Shown: positions 32,982 through 42,343 of the stretch, one piece after another | Numbering within the stretch: position 1 is the stretch's first letter | Layout of the letters: every line of letters starts with the position of its first letter | Assembly: GCA_964457775.1 (NCBI GenBank) | Contig: CAYWEW010000005.1 | Coordinates: forward strand, 5,398 to 69,397 | Direction of reading: 5' to 3' | Length of the DNA stretch: 64,000 bases | From: an uncultured Candidatus Saccharibacteria bacterium | GTDB lineage: Bacteria; Patescibacteriota; Minisyncoccia; Phycocordibacterales; UBA5272 | The notes under the pieces: generated by a model | Database searches by the model: none | Told to the model about the DNA's origin: nothing | The model's input: the letters and a program-made list of their open reading frames with translations, nothing else | Program-made: the position numbers and the translations under genes

Positions 32982-33386
32982 ATGATGTTATTTGGAATGA
33001 TTTTCGGTGCTTTGGTAACTCTTGTGGTTGTTTTTTGTTATATCATAACAATATCTTTTACTGTTTGGATGATTGTTGATGCTGGCAAGCAAGATAGATT
33101 TTGGTGGCTTACATTTATTATAGGTGTTCCAATTATCGGTCCAGCGGTTTATTATTTCACTGAAAAGAAGCATGAATATATAAAGGCGCCAGTACATCAT
33201 TTACATGAAAGTGAAACAGAAGAACAACACGAGAGAGCTCCACGTAAGAAAATTTCTCGTAAAGCTAAAGCACAAACAGAAGATAAAAAAGAAGTGAGTG
33301 ATTTGAAAGAAGAAACATCTCAAAAATTAGAAGAGGGGCAAGTTACACAAGAAATTATAAATGAAGTAGAAACCAAGCAAGGATAG
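32982..33386 (+). CDS. PLDc_N-like membrane protein with charged tail
   Basis: WM.VD...W...I...P.IG...Y pattern. Confidence 0.6.
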   Translation: MMLFGMIFGALVTLVVVFCYIITISFTVWMIVDAGKQDRFWWLTFIIGVPIIGPAVYYFTEKKHEYIKAPVHHLHESETEEQHERAPRKKISRKAKAQTEDKKEVSDLKEETSQKLEEGQVTQEIINEVETKQG

Positions 33387-33421
33387 TAATTTATTAAAAA
33401 TTCCACTAATAAGTGGGATTT

Positions 33422-33646
33422 TTAATGATAAATAATATCACCCACTTCCTTCAGTGCTTTATTTTCATCTTTTTCAAAATCATCGATAAACTCTGGGTGG
33501 TCATTTATTATATTTCTAAAATCAGATGAGTGTTTTTCAATAAAAGAATCAATAGATTCTCCATGTAATTGTGCAAGTTTTATTTGCATCATATTTGCAA
33601 TAAGCACTGATTTGTTTTGAGTTGGTTGCATTTCAAAATTTTCCAT
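33422..33646 (-). CDS. Hypothetical protein
   Basis: 74-aa ORF of plausible composition. Confidence 0.55.
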   Translation of the reverse strand: MENFEMQPTQNKSVLIANMMQIKLAQLHGESIDSFIEKHSSDFRNIINDHPEFIDDFEKDENKALKEVGDIIYH

Positions 33647-33727
33647 ACATTAAGTATCTCATAAATTAATGCGAATAATCAAAGTAAATCTATTGTGATA
33701 TAATTGCAAGGTGTTTATTAAATAAAT

Positions 33728-33814
33728 GGAGAGGTGGCAGAGCGGTTTAACGCACTACCTTGGAAAGGTAGCAACTGGGTAACCGGTTCGGGGGTTCGAA
33801 TCCCCCCCTCTCCG
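33728..33814 (+). tRNA. tRNA-Ser(GGA)
   Basis: ctacc-ttGGAaa-ggtag, long variable arm, G discriminator; CCA not encoded. Confidence 0.95.
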
Positions 33815-34155
33815 CAAAATAAAAAAACTAAAGCTTTTGCCTTAGTTTTTTATTTTACGGAGAGGGAGAAAGTGACCTGCGTCACTTTCATGGGGATTCG
33901 AATAGGGGTCGCGAATCTACTTCGAGCAAAGCGAGGCAGATTTGTGACCGAATCCCTCACCCCTCCGCTTTGAAAATAAATTAACTCACTTTTTAAGTGA
34001 GTTAATTTATTTTGCGGTGAGGGAGAAAACCAACCGCTTGGTTTTCGTGGGGATTCGAATAGGCGAATCAGCAGATTCGGTTATTGGAACTAGCGAAACC
34101 CATTCTGACGAGCTTGCGAGGAGGGGTTTTGTGACCGAATCCCCATACTCAAACC
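33815..34155 (+). repeat. Two tandem tRNA 3'-associated elements (Ser copies)
   Basis: Units 33815..33968 and 33969..34155, each with split antisense, hairpin, tgtgacc and gaatccc copy. Confidence 0.8.
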
Positions 34156-34178
34156 ACACTTCAAGGTATACTAAACAA

Positions 34179-34442
34179 ATGAAATCAATTGTAAAAAATC
34201 CTTACCTGGATGCATTGCTTAAGCTAATGCTCCTGTCCGCCATTATTCATATGTTTGTGTTGGTTATTTATTCTGTGTTGAATGGCAATATTTTCTATTT
34301 AAATTTCTTTAAAATTATAAACATCGATTTGTTTTTTCCTCAAATAGTTAATTTGGATTGTTACGGACTTTATTCATTTGTTATTACTATTTGGTTGTAT
34401 ATATTAATTTATTACATTTCAAATATTAAAAATAAAAAATAA
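34179..34442 (+). CDS. Small membrane protein (start revised from 34017)
   Basis: ATG just after a TATACT box; two TMs. Confidence 0.55.
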   Translation: MKSIVKNPYLDALLKLMLLSAIIHMFVLVIYSVLNGNIFYLNFFKIINIDLFFPQIVNLDCYGLYSFVITIWLYILIYYISNIKNKK

Positions 34443-34502
34443 GTTATTTAATATAATATTAGCTATACAACCTCCACAATTTAGTGTATTTTGTATATAG
34501 CT

Positions 34503-35234
34503 ATGAAAGATGCTGTAAGAATAGAAAATTTAAAGAAGGTGTATCGTGGAAAGAAAGATAAAGAAGTTTTGCACGGTGTTAACTTAACTATCCCGAAAGG
34601 GCAGTTTTTTGGATTGCTTGGTCCAAATGGTGCTGGTAAAACAACAATGATTAGTTGTATAACTGGTGTATCTAATCCAACAGAGGGGAGTATTTTTGTT
34701 TTTGTAAAAGATGTTGTAAAAGAATACCGTGAAGCACGTGCTCATGTTGGTGTTTCTCCTCAAGAATTTAACATAGACACATTTCAAACAGTTGATGAGA
34801 TTTTGGATTATCAGGCAGGATTTTTTGGAATAGTTGGTTCTAATATGAAAATTCGCCGTGAAGAAATGCTTACTCAGTTTGATTTAATTTCTCATCGAGA
34901 TAAAAAGTTTCAATTTCTCTCTGGAGGTCTTAAGAGAAGGGTGACACTTGCAAAGGCTATGATGCATAATCCAGATTTATTAATATTAGATGAACCAACA
35001 GCAGGTGTCGATGTAGAAACCCGTCGTTCACTTTGGAAATTTTTGAAAGAGTTACATAAAAATGGAAAGACAATTATTCTCACTTCTCATTATTTGGAGG
35101 AGATTGAAGAATTGTGTGAACGTGTGGCTATTATAAAAGATGGTCAAATCATAATTGACGACAGTGTTAATAATCTTACTAAGGAACATAAACTTGAAAA
35201 GGTATATTTAGAGGCGGTGGGGCATATAGATTAA
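34503..35234 (+). CDS. ABC transporter ATP-binding protein (YadG-like)
   Basis: GPNGAGKTT, LSGG, ILDEPTAGVD. Confidence 0.92.
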   Translation: MKDAVRIENLKKVYRGKKDKEVLHGVNLTIPKGQFFGLLGPNGAGKTTMISCITGVSNPTEGSIFVFVKDVVKEYREARAHVGVSPQEFNIDTFQTVDEILDYQAGFFGIVGSNMKIRREEMLTQFDLISHRDKKFQFLSGGLKRRVTLAKAMMHNPDLLILDEPTAGVDVETRRSLWKFLKELHKNGKTIILTSHYLEEIEELCERVAIIKDGQIIIDDSVNNLTKEHKLEKVYLEAVGHID

Positions 35235-35238
35235 AAAT

Positions 35239-36009
35239 ATGATAACAAATTGGATTGGATTTTATACATTAATAAGAAGGGAAGTAGGAAGAACAAAAAG
35301 AGTTATTGGACAAGCTCTTGTTGCGCCACTTGTTACTGCATCACTTTATATTTTTGTTTTTGGATATGTTATTGGAAGTAAAATAGAATTGATTGAAGGA
35401 ATAAAATACATTAATTTTGTTTTTCCTGGAGTGTTTGCGATGAATCTTATTTTGGCAGTATTTAGTGCAACGTCTTTTTCAACATTTTTTATGAAATTTC
35501 AAAAGACAATAGAAGATTTACTTACCCTTCCACTGTCGTATGCTGAGTTGGTTATTTCTCTTATAGTAAGTGGTATTGTGAGGGCTTTTGTTATTTCTGT
35601 CGCCTTGTCATTTGTTGCAATATTTTTTGGAGTAGCAACATTAGCTCACCCTCTTGTACTTATTCTTTATGTACTTTTAACAGGTATTTTTTTTGGATTA
35701 TTGGGAGTAGTTATTGGTGTTTGGGCAGATAGTAGTTTCGAAAAGATTGGTATAGCAACTAATTTTATTTTGACCCCGCTTACATTTTTGGGTGGAGCAT
35801 TTTATTCTATACACATGCTTCCACCTAATCTTCAGTTTTTGGTTTCTTTCAATCCAATTTTTTATGTAGTAGACGGTATAAGATATTCTCTCACTGGTTA
35901 TCACGAAAGTTCTTTATTACTAGGTGTGGGAGTTCTTACTTCCATGTCTGTTGTTGTTCTTACTATTTGTATTTATATATTTAAGACAGGTTGGAAATTA
36001 CGTGCATAA
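35239..36009 (+). CDS. ABC-2 type permease (YadH-like)
   Basis: 6 TMs; PLTFLGGAFYS, NPIFY..DG.RY. Confidence 0.88.
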   Translation: MITNWIGFYTLIRREVGRTKRVIGQALVAPLVTASLYIFVFGYVIGSKIELIEGIKYINFVFPGVFAMNLILAVFSATSFSTFFMKFQKTIEDLLTLPLSYAELVISLIVSGIVRAFVISVALSFVAIFFGVATLAHPLVLILYVLLTGIFFGLLGVVIGVWADSSFEKIGIATNFILTPLTFLGGAFYSIHMLPPNLQFLVSFNPIFYVVDGIRYSLTGYHESSLLLGVGVLTSMSVVVLTICIYIFKTGWKLRA

Positions 36010-36016
36010 TAATTTT

Positions 36017-36487
36017 ATGAAAGTTGTGGTACTTGATAATTTGCGTTCAGTTTATAATGTTGGTTCTATTTTTCGTACTGCTAATGCTGTTGGAATAGAT
36101 AAGATTTATTTATGTGGAACAACGCCAACACCACTAGACAAGAAAGGATTACGAAGAAAAGATTTTGCAAAAGTCGCGCTTGGCGCAGAAGATATTGTTG
36201 CTTGGGAATACGTAGAAAATGCAATTGATTGTGTTAATAAATTAAAAAATGAAAGTTATTACGTAATTTCTCTTGAACAAGATAATAATTCTGTGGATTA
36301 TAAAGAAGCGAGTATAAAAGATAAAGAAAATGTTGCTTTTGTAATCGGAAGTGAAGTAGATGGAATTAATCATGAAATAATTAAGGTGTCAGATGTTGTA
36401 GCAGAAATACCAATGCTCGGGACAAAGGAGTCGCTCAATGTAACTATCGCTTTTGGTATAGCTGTATATCGTATTTTGGGTGTATAG
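36017..36487 (+). CDS. SpoU/TrmH family RNA methyltransferase
   Basis: NVGSIFRTA, GSEVDG, IPMLG..SLNV. Confidence 0.9.
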   Translation: MKVVVLDNLRSVYNVGSIFRTANAVGIDKIYLCGTTPTPLDKKGLRRKDFAKVALGAEDIVAWEYVENAIDCVNKLKNESYYVISLEQDNNSVDYKEASIKDKENVAFVIGSEVDGINHEIIKVSDVVAEIPMLGTKESLNVTIAFGIAVYRILGV

Positions 36488-36558
36488 GAAAGTATCGGAT
36501 AATTATTACAAAATAAAAAGTGACCACCTTGATATTGGTGGCCACGATTGTGTGAGTG

Positions 36559-36900
36559 TTACATCGAGTCGATAACCAACTGGCAACATCCGCAATTTTT
36601 TATCAGTTTTTTTTCACAGCAAAACGGAGTCGTTGGTTTCCACTTTTGGTCTATTTTCCCACTACCACAGAATTGGCACCTACCATTTATTATTCCGATC
36701 GGTTCGTTATTTGGGTTGTTCTCTTCCCTCATTTTCTCAAACCTTTTGAACATTTCTTCCGGGAAAGGTTTTCCACCATGGAAACTGTTCTCATATTTTG
36801 GTTTATTCTGTCGGTTTGGTGTAAGAATGATTATAATGAACATTATAATCAGACCAAAAAGTAGCGCAACCCAAAAAGGAATTCCAGCTTCAGGGTACAT
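36559..36900 (-). CDS. Hypothetical membrane-anchored Cys-rich protein
   Basis: aggag SD, TM, CxxC and CC motifs. Confidence 0.5.
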   Translation of the reverse strand: MYPEAGIPFWVALLFGLIIMFIIIILTPNRQNKPKYENSFHGGKPFPEEMFKRFEKMREENNPNNEPIGIINGRCQFCGSGKIDQKWKPTTPFCCEKKLIKNCGCCQLVIDSM

Positions 36901-36989
36901 TTTGTTCTCCTAGTTTAGTTCTACAGATGTACTTCTTCTATATATAACTCTACATCATTTGTAAAATTTGTCAATTTCACAAAGATACA

Positions 36990-37784
36990 TTGTTATTTTT
37001 TGATATAATTATTTACGTGATAAACATAAAAAAAGAACTTAGGAAATATGCAACCAAAGAAAGAGCAAAAGTAAATGCTTGGTTTTTTAAAACAGGAAAA
37101 GGGCAGTATGGTGAAGGAGATATATTTCTTGGTATTACGGTTCCGAATGTACGAAAGGTTGTGAAACTGTTTTTTCAGCCAGAGGCTGATCAGCCCCTGG
37201 CTGAAAATATTATTGATGTTGCAGTAGAATTATTGCAATCAAAATATCATGAAGTGCGATTAGCAGGCTGTATTCTTATGGTTGAAATGTTCAAACTGGC
37301 AATGAATAATAAGAATGAAAAAGAGTTAAAGAAAATTTATAAAACATATTTAAAGAATACAAACAGAATAAATAACTGGGATTTGGTTGATGTGTCGTGT
37401 CCTTCTATTGTTGGTATATATTTGTACAAGGTCCTTCCTTGTACTGAATACAAGGAAGGACCTTGTACAAAAATTTTATATAAGTTGGCAAATTCAAAAA
37501 GTCTTTGGGAGAGACGAATTGCTATTGTGTCGACATTTGCTTTCATTAAGCAAGGTAATTATAAAGTTACATTTGATTTGTGTGAAATATTGATGAATGA
37601 TAAAGAAGATTTAATACACAAAGCTTGTGGTTGGATGCTTCGTGAAGTTGGGAAGAATTGTGGTATAGAAACTTTAAATATTTTCTTAGAAAAACACGCA
37701 AATCATATGCCTCGCACAATGCTTAGATATGCAATTGAGAAACATCATCCAATAGAGCGAGCAAAATTTTTGGCAAAAAAATAG
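36990..37784 (+). CDS. AlkD-like DNA alkylation repair protein (start may be GTG 37017)
   Basis: GEGD.FLG, NNWDLVD, LWERR, KACGWMLRE, RTMLRYAIE. Confidence 0.9.
   Translation: MLFFDIIIYVINIKKELRKYATKERAKVNAWFFKTGKGQYGEGDIFLGITVPNVRKVVKLFFQPEADQPLAENIIDVAVELLQSKYHEVRLAGCILMVEMFKLAMNNKNEKELKKIYKTYLKNTNRINNWDLVDVSCPSIVGIYLYKVLPCTEYKEGPCTKILYKLANSKSLWERRIAIVSTFAFIKQGNYKVTFDLCEILMNDKEDLIHKACGWMLREVGKNCGIETLNIFLEKHANHMPRTMLRYAIEKHHPIERAKFLAKK
37172..37207. repeat. In-frame palindrome within the AlkD-like CDS
   Basis: ttttcagccagaggctga/tcagcccctggctgaaaa, 17/18 paired. Confidence 0.8.
37421..37471. repeat. In-frame perfect 23-bp inverted repeat within the AlkD-like CDS
   Basis: tttgtacaaggtccttccttgta-ctgaa-tacaaggaaggaccttgtacaaa. 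Confidence 0.85.
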
Positions 37785-37818
37785 AATGGTAACTTTTTTT
37801 ATGTTAGAATAAAACACT

Positions 37819-39843
37819 ATGAAAACTACCACATTACCACTTACACAAAAGGATTTCGATTGGGTGAAAATGACTCCGTCACTGATGAAAAAAACTGCTG
37901 ATGCATATTTAGAACACAAGAAAAAAACTTATAAAGAAATAAAAAATATTCTTCCAGAAAAAAGAACATTTCTAAATACTCTTTACGCACTAGAAAGATG
38001 TGATGATAAGTTCGAATCATTTTTCAGTAAAATGGGACTTCTTTCAGAAGTGTCACCAAAAAAAGAAATACGTGACAAAGCACATGAGATAGCAACAGAA
38101 GTATCTCAGAAATTGGTTGATATTGAATATGACAGGGATTTGTTCATTTCACTTTGTGAATATTATGAAGGGAATTTTCCTGATGAAAAAAAGAATCTGC
38201 GAAAAGAAGACATTAAGTTACTAGAAGAAACTCTTCGTGAATATCGCCGTATGGGTTTTGATTTACCAACTAAAACTCAAAAGAAATTAAAAGATCTGAT
38301 GAAGAAGGTGTCAAAGCTATCAATTGCATTTCGTCAGAATATAAATGATTATCAGGATTATATACTTTGCACACAAGAAGAATTATCTGGTCTTTCAGAG
38401 AGATTTATTTCGACACTCCCAAAACACACTGACGGAAGATATATCGTTTCATTGCAACATCCACACATTGGTCCATTTATGGGGGAGGCGGACAACAGAG
38501 AAAAGAGAAAAGAATTGGCAGAGAAGAATTTGAAGAAAGGAGGAATTAAGAATATAAAAATAATAGAAGAAATTGTGAAGTTGCGACAAGAGATTGCAAA
38601 AATTTTGGGATACAAGCATCATGCTGATTTTAGAACTGAGAATCGTATGGCAAAGAGTGGTAAGAATGCAGAAGATTTTCAAAATTCACTTCTTAAAACT
38701 TTAGCACCACTTGCAAAGAAAGACACAGAAACATTAAGAGTTCATGCGAAAAGTTTAGGAATTAAAAAACTTGAACATTATGATGTTGGTTATGTTGCTA
38801 CACATCTCAAAAAGAAAATGTATGACCTTGATCCAGAAACTGTTAGAGCTTTTTTCCCTCTAGAGCATGTACAAAAGGAATTATTTAAGTTATGTGAGAA
38901 TTTATTTGCAATTTCAATAAAAGAAATTCCATCCAAATTATGGCATAAGGATGTAAAGATGTATCAAGTAAATGATAAGGGTGATAACAAGGGTGCTCTT
39001 ATTGGATATTTTGTGCTAGATCTTTTCCCTCGTGAAGGAAAGTTTGGTCATGCTTGTATGGTGGATGTTGTAGTACCACATGAACAAGGGTATAAAACAG
39101 AAGAGTATGTTGCCCCACTTTCAACGATGATTTGTAATTTTCCAACACCAAATAAACAAAAAGGGAAATTGTTACCTTCACTTTTATCTATCAGTGAAGT
39201 AGAAACGTTGTTCCATGAGTTTGGTCATCTTCTTCATATGACATTATCTCGTGCACGTTTGGAATCACAAGCAGGTGCAAGTGTTGCGTGGGACTTTGTA
39301 GAAACACCATCACAAATCATGGAGAATTGGGTTTGGAATGAAGAAGTTATGAGTAAATTATCTAAGCATTATCAAACTGGTAAAAGAATGCCAAATGCAA
39401 TGATAGAAAGAATTATAAAAGGAAAGACATTTCAAAATGCATACTTCTATACAAGACAATTAGTACAAGGAAAATTAGATTTAGATTTACATACCGGCAA
39501 AGTTAAAGATGCTCGATTGGCATATCGTAAGATGAATAAATTATATTTCAACATTGAACTTCCAGAAAAGGAAACATTATTCCCAGCAGGATTCGGTCAT
39601 CTTGTTGGATATGATGCAGGATATTATTCTTATCTTTGGGCATTAGTATATGCATGTGACGCATTTGAAAGTTTTAAAACAAAAGGGAATAAAAATGTAA
39701 TGACAAATAAAGAAGTTGGAATGAGGTGGAGAAAAGAAGTACTTGAAAAGGGAAGTAGTGAAGACGAAATGAAACTTATTAAAAATTTCTTAGGACGGGC
39801 ACCGAGTCAGAAGGCGTTTTTGAAGGAGGTGATAGGGAAATAG
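37819..39843 (+). CDS. M3A oligopeptidase (thimet/OpdA-like)
   Basis: DLFPREGK, FHEFGH, DFVETPSQ, GYYSYLWA, FLGR. Confidence 0.92.
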   Translation: MKTTTLPLTQKDFDWVKMTPSLMKKTADAYLEHKKKTYKEIKNILPEKRTFLNTLYALERCDDKFESFFSKMGLLSEVSPKKEIRDKAHEIATEVSQKLVDIEYDRDLFISLCEYYEGNFPDEKKNLRKEDIKLLEETLREYRRMGFDLPTKTQKKLKDLMKKVSKLSIAFRQNINDYQDYILCTQEELSGLSERFISTLPKHTDGRYIVSLQHPHIGPFMGEADNREKRKELAEKNLKKGGIKNIKIIEEIVKLRQEIAKILGYKHHADFRTENRMAKSGKNAEDFQNSLLKTLAPLAKKDTETLRVHAKSLGIKKLEHYDVGYVATHLKKKMYDLDPETVRAFFPLEHVQKELFKLCENLFAISIKEIPSKLWHKDVKMYQVNDKGDNKGALIGYFVLDLFPREGKFGHACMVDVVVPHEQGYKTEEYVAPLSTMICNFPTPNKQKGKLLPSLLSISEVETLFHEFGHLLHMTLSRARLESQAGASVAWDFVETPSQIMENWVWNEEVMSKLSKHYQTGKRMPNAMIERIIKGKTFQNAYFYTRQLVQGKLDLDLHTGKVKDARLAYRKMNKLYFNIELPEKETLFPAGFGHLVGYDAGYYSYLWALVYACDAFESFKTKGNKNVMTNKEVGMRWRKEVLEKGSSEDEMKLIKNFLGRAPSQKAFLKEVIGK

Positions 39844-39887
39844 AAATCACATGTACTAGACATGTGATCTTGAGAAGTATCTGTTTG

Positions 39888-40049
39888 TTATTGTTTTTTT
39901 GGGAACAAGTGGGGGAATTTTCGTAAGGCTTGCATTACTTTGTGAACAGTTGGTGTATCGTACACGCTCACTTCATTTGAATGTTGTGCAATATGACGAA
40001 GTTCTTTAGTACTCGGTTTTCTTACAGAAAGATCATAGATGCTAGTCAT
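39888..40049 (-). CDS. Small hypothetical protein
   Basis: aaggaga SD before ATG at 40049. Confidence 0.45.
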   Translation of the reverse strand: MTSIYDLSVRKPSTKELRHIAQHSNEVSVYDTPTVHKVMQALRKFPHLFPKKQ

Positions 40050-40168
40050 GGCAATTCTCCTTAGTTTGTCTATATAGAGAATATATAAAAGTTGAGCCAA
40101 AGTAAAGTTTTGTAATTTAATTTGATAGTGGTAGGATACCCTTACTGAACGTTCTTTGGTATATTATT

Positions 40169-40339
40169 ATGAATGATGATTTTCTATATATGATTATCGT
40201 TGCAAATTTCTTTTCCTTTGTTCTAGTTTTAATTACTTCAGGTAGCATAAGGAAGTTCTTTGCAAAAGTCTTTGGCTTCATTTTTCTTGTTTTCATTGTA
40301 ACTATTTTAATTGCAGTAAGTAGTGGTCAACTGAAATAA
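40169..40339 (+). CDS. Small 2-TM protein (56 aa, not in the ORF track)
   Basis: Open frame MNDDFLYMIIVANFF...GQLK*. Confidence 0.4.
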   Translation: MNDDFLYMIIVANFFSFVLVLITSGSIRKFFAKVFGFIFLVFIVTILIAVSSGQLK

Positions 40340-40369
40340 ACCAAAATTTTATTAAAAAGGAGACTGAAA

Positions 40370-40573
40370 GTGCCAAAAAAAGAATTTGATGGTGTGAGAA
40401 AATCTAGAGAAGAGATGGCAAGATTAAATCAAGATAATTCTGCGAAAAGAGTTACTGAACTTAGAAATCAAATAGCAGAGTTACGGAAAAGTTCAATGAT
40501 TGATAGGTACACTGCACTTCAGAATATTTTGAAGTCAAAGATTGCTGAATTCGAAAGAATTACAGGACAATAA
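40370..40573 (+). CDS. Small coiled-coil hypothetical protein
   Basis: aaggag SD, GTG start. Confidence 0.5.
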   Translation: MPKKEFDGVRKSREEMARLNQDNSAKRVTELRNQIAELRKSSMIDRYTALQNILKSKIAEFERITGQ

Positions 40574-41894
40574 GTCCCACTTCAATAATGTCTTATCCCT
40601 AAAACGCATATTAATACTTATGTTTGAACATAGGTCACAATGTGCGTTTTTTGTTTTATAAATATTTTTGTGTACAATCAACTGTCCAAAGTTCTACAAA
40701 AAGGTATACTTAATTGCATATGAATACAAAGAAAGATTCTTTTAATAAAGCTTCAGTACTAGTTGCTTTAACATTTGTATTAGGAACAATAACATATGCG
40801 TGGACTGGGGCTCCAGAAGGAACACCACCAGCAAATAACGTAGATGCACCAGTGAACGTAGGTGTTGTAACTCAACTTAAATCAGGGGCTCTTGGTATTG
40901 ATGGATTATTTAGGTCATATGGCAGTGCTATTTTTGATGGAGGTGTTAAGATTTCTACTGATTCAGGTCTAGGTAAAATTCTAACAAGCGATGCAGCAGG
41001 TAATGCTTCTTGGACATCAACTTCTTCTTTGGGGATTAGTGGAGGAAACGGTGGAGTTTCATCATTTGTAGAAGATTCTTACTCTGATCAAACAACAACA
41101 CGTTTGATTGGTTCCACATACACAAACACATTATTAACACCAAGATTTGTTATAGTCACCGCAAATACAATTCCAGGATCTGTTGTTCGAGCAGCTATAT
41201 TTGTTTATGTGAACAATGTTCGAATACAAGTAACACAAGTTACAGATGCGAATTACAACCAAGGGTGGTTACCATCTACGAATTCTGCTTCATTTATAGT
41301 TCCTCCAGGTGCAACGTATCGAGTCGACAGGTCTGTTAGCAATGTGCGTATAGTTTCATGGTATGAATTAAATTAATATTTAAAACATTAGTAATTTTTC
41401 CTAATCAAGTTGTAGGACAATAATCCCCACTTCAATAATGTCTTATCCCTAAAACGCATATTAATACTTATGTTTGAACATAGGTCACAATGTGCGTTTT
41501 TTGTTTTATAAATATTTTTGTGTACAATCAACTGTCCAAAGTTCTACAAAAAGGTATACTTAATTGCATATGAATACAAAGAAAGATTCTTTTAATAAAG
41601 CTTCAGTACTAGTTGCTTTAACATTTGTATTAGGAACAATAACATATGCGTGGACTGGGGCTCCAGAAGGAACACCACCAGCAAATAACGTAGATGCACC
41701 AGTGAACGTAGGTGTTGTAACTCAACTTAAATCAGGGGCTCTTGGTATTGATGGATTATTTAGGTCATATGGCAGTGCTATTTTTGATGGAGGTGTTAAG
41801 ATTTCTACTGGTTCAGGTCTAGGTAAAATTCTAACAAGCGATGCAGCAGGTAATGCTTCTTGGACGTCCACTTCTTCACTGGGTATTAGTGGAG
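40564..41894 (+). repeat. About 480-bp direct repeat pair (40564..41044 and 41414..41894)
   Basis: Near-identical at offset 850; covers the upstream region and N-terminal coding part. Confidence 0.92.
40720..41376 (+). CDS. Secreted fibre-family protein, tail-fibre-like C-terminal domain
   Basis: Constant N-terminus; C-terminus TYTN..P.FV.V...SFIVPPGATYRV...WYEL. Confidence 0.7.
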   Translation: MNTKKDSFNKASVLVALTFVLGTITYAWTGAPEGTPPANNVDAPVNVGVVTQLKSGALGIDGLFRSYGSAIFDGGVKISTDSGLGKILTSDAAGNASWTSTSSLGISGGNGGVSSFVEDSYSDQTTTRLIGSTYTNTLLTPRFVIVTANTIPGSVVRAAIFVYVNNVRIQVTQVTDANYNQGWLPSTNSASFIVPPGATYRVDRSVSNVRIVSWYELN

Positions 41895-42343
41895 TTGGTG
41901 ACGTCACATCAATTACGGGTGGCGCCTGTGCGGTTGGGCAAGTAGTTCAGTCAATTAGTGCAACAGGGACTGTAACTTGTGGTGTTGATGCTGGAGGGGG
42001 TACAGGGTTTTCTGGAATACTGAGACCGCTTGAGGGAAAGGAGATAACTTGTAACATAACGCAGGGTGGCGCTGTAGCTGGAAGGGGATATGGGAAAGTT
42101 GAGGGAGGTGTATTTAAAGCGAGAGTTGTATGGGCTAGTATTGCGTATAGACCATATGATTCTGGATGGAAATCTGGTAATTCTATGGGTGTACAAGCAA
42201 ATTTAGTTAGCGCAACATACGGACATGTAAATGTTGGATTAAGTGGAGCAACTTGTACAGGATACACATCTAGTGGCGGGGGTGACAATGCTTCACTTGA
42301 TCAAATCCCAGAGTCAACATCTGTTCCTTGGCCAAATTTTTAA
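41570..42343 (+). CDS. Secreted fibre-family protein, alternative C-terminal domain
   Basis: Same N-terminus; CAVGQVVQSISATGTVTC linker, then an unrelated C-terminus. Confidence 0.7.
   Translation: MNTKKDSFNKASVLVALTFVLGTITYAWTGAPEGTPPANNVDAPVNVGVVTQLKSGALGIDGLFRSYGSAIFDGGVKISTGSGLGKILTSDAAGNASWTSTSSLGISGVGDVTSITGGACAVGQVVQSISATGTVTCGVDAGGGTGFSGILRPLEGKEITCNITQGGAVAGRGYGKVEGGVFKARVVWASIAYRPYDSGWKSGNSMGVQANLVSATYGHVNVGLSGATCTGYTSSGGGDNASLDQIPESTSVPWPNF

Noticed and set aside
33815-34155. CRISPR array, tRNA intron or split tRNA interpretation of the tRNA-linked repeats
   Set aside because: No regular repeat-spacer period and no cas genes; each tRNA is complete without the element.
33734-34178. 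ORF 33734..33973 and the N-terminal extension of 34017..34442
   Set aside because: They overlap tRNA-Ser and its structured elements, so are probably spurious frames.
40564-42343. DGR or shufflon explanation of the fibre duplication
   Set aside because: No reverse transcriptase, no adenine-biased TR/VR pair, and no inverted cassettes or recombinase in the window.
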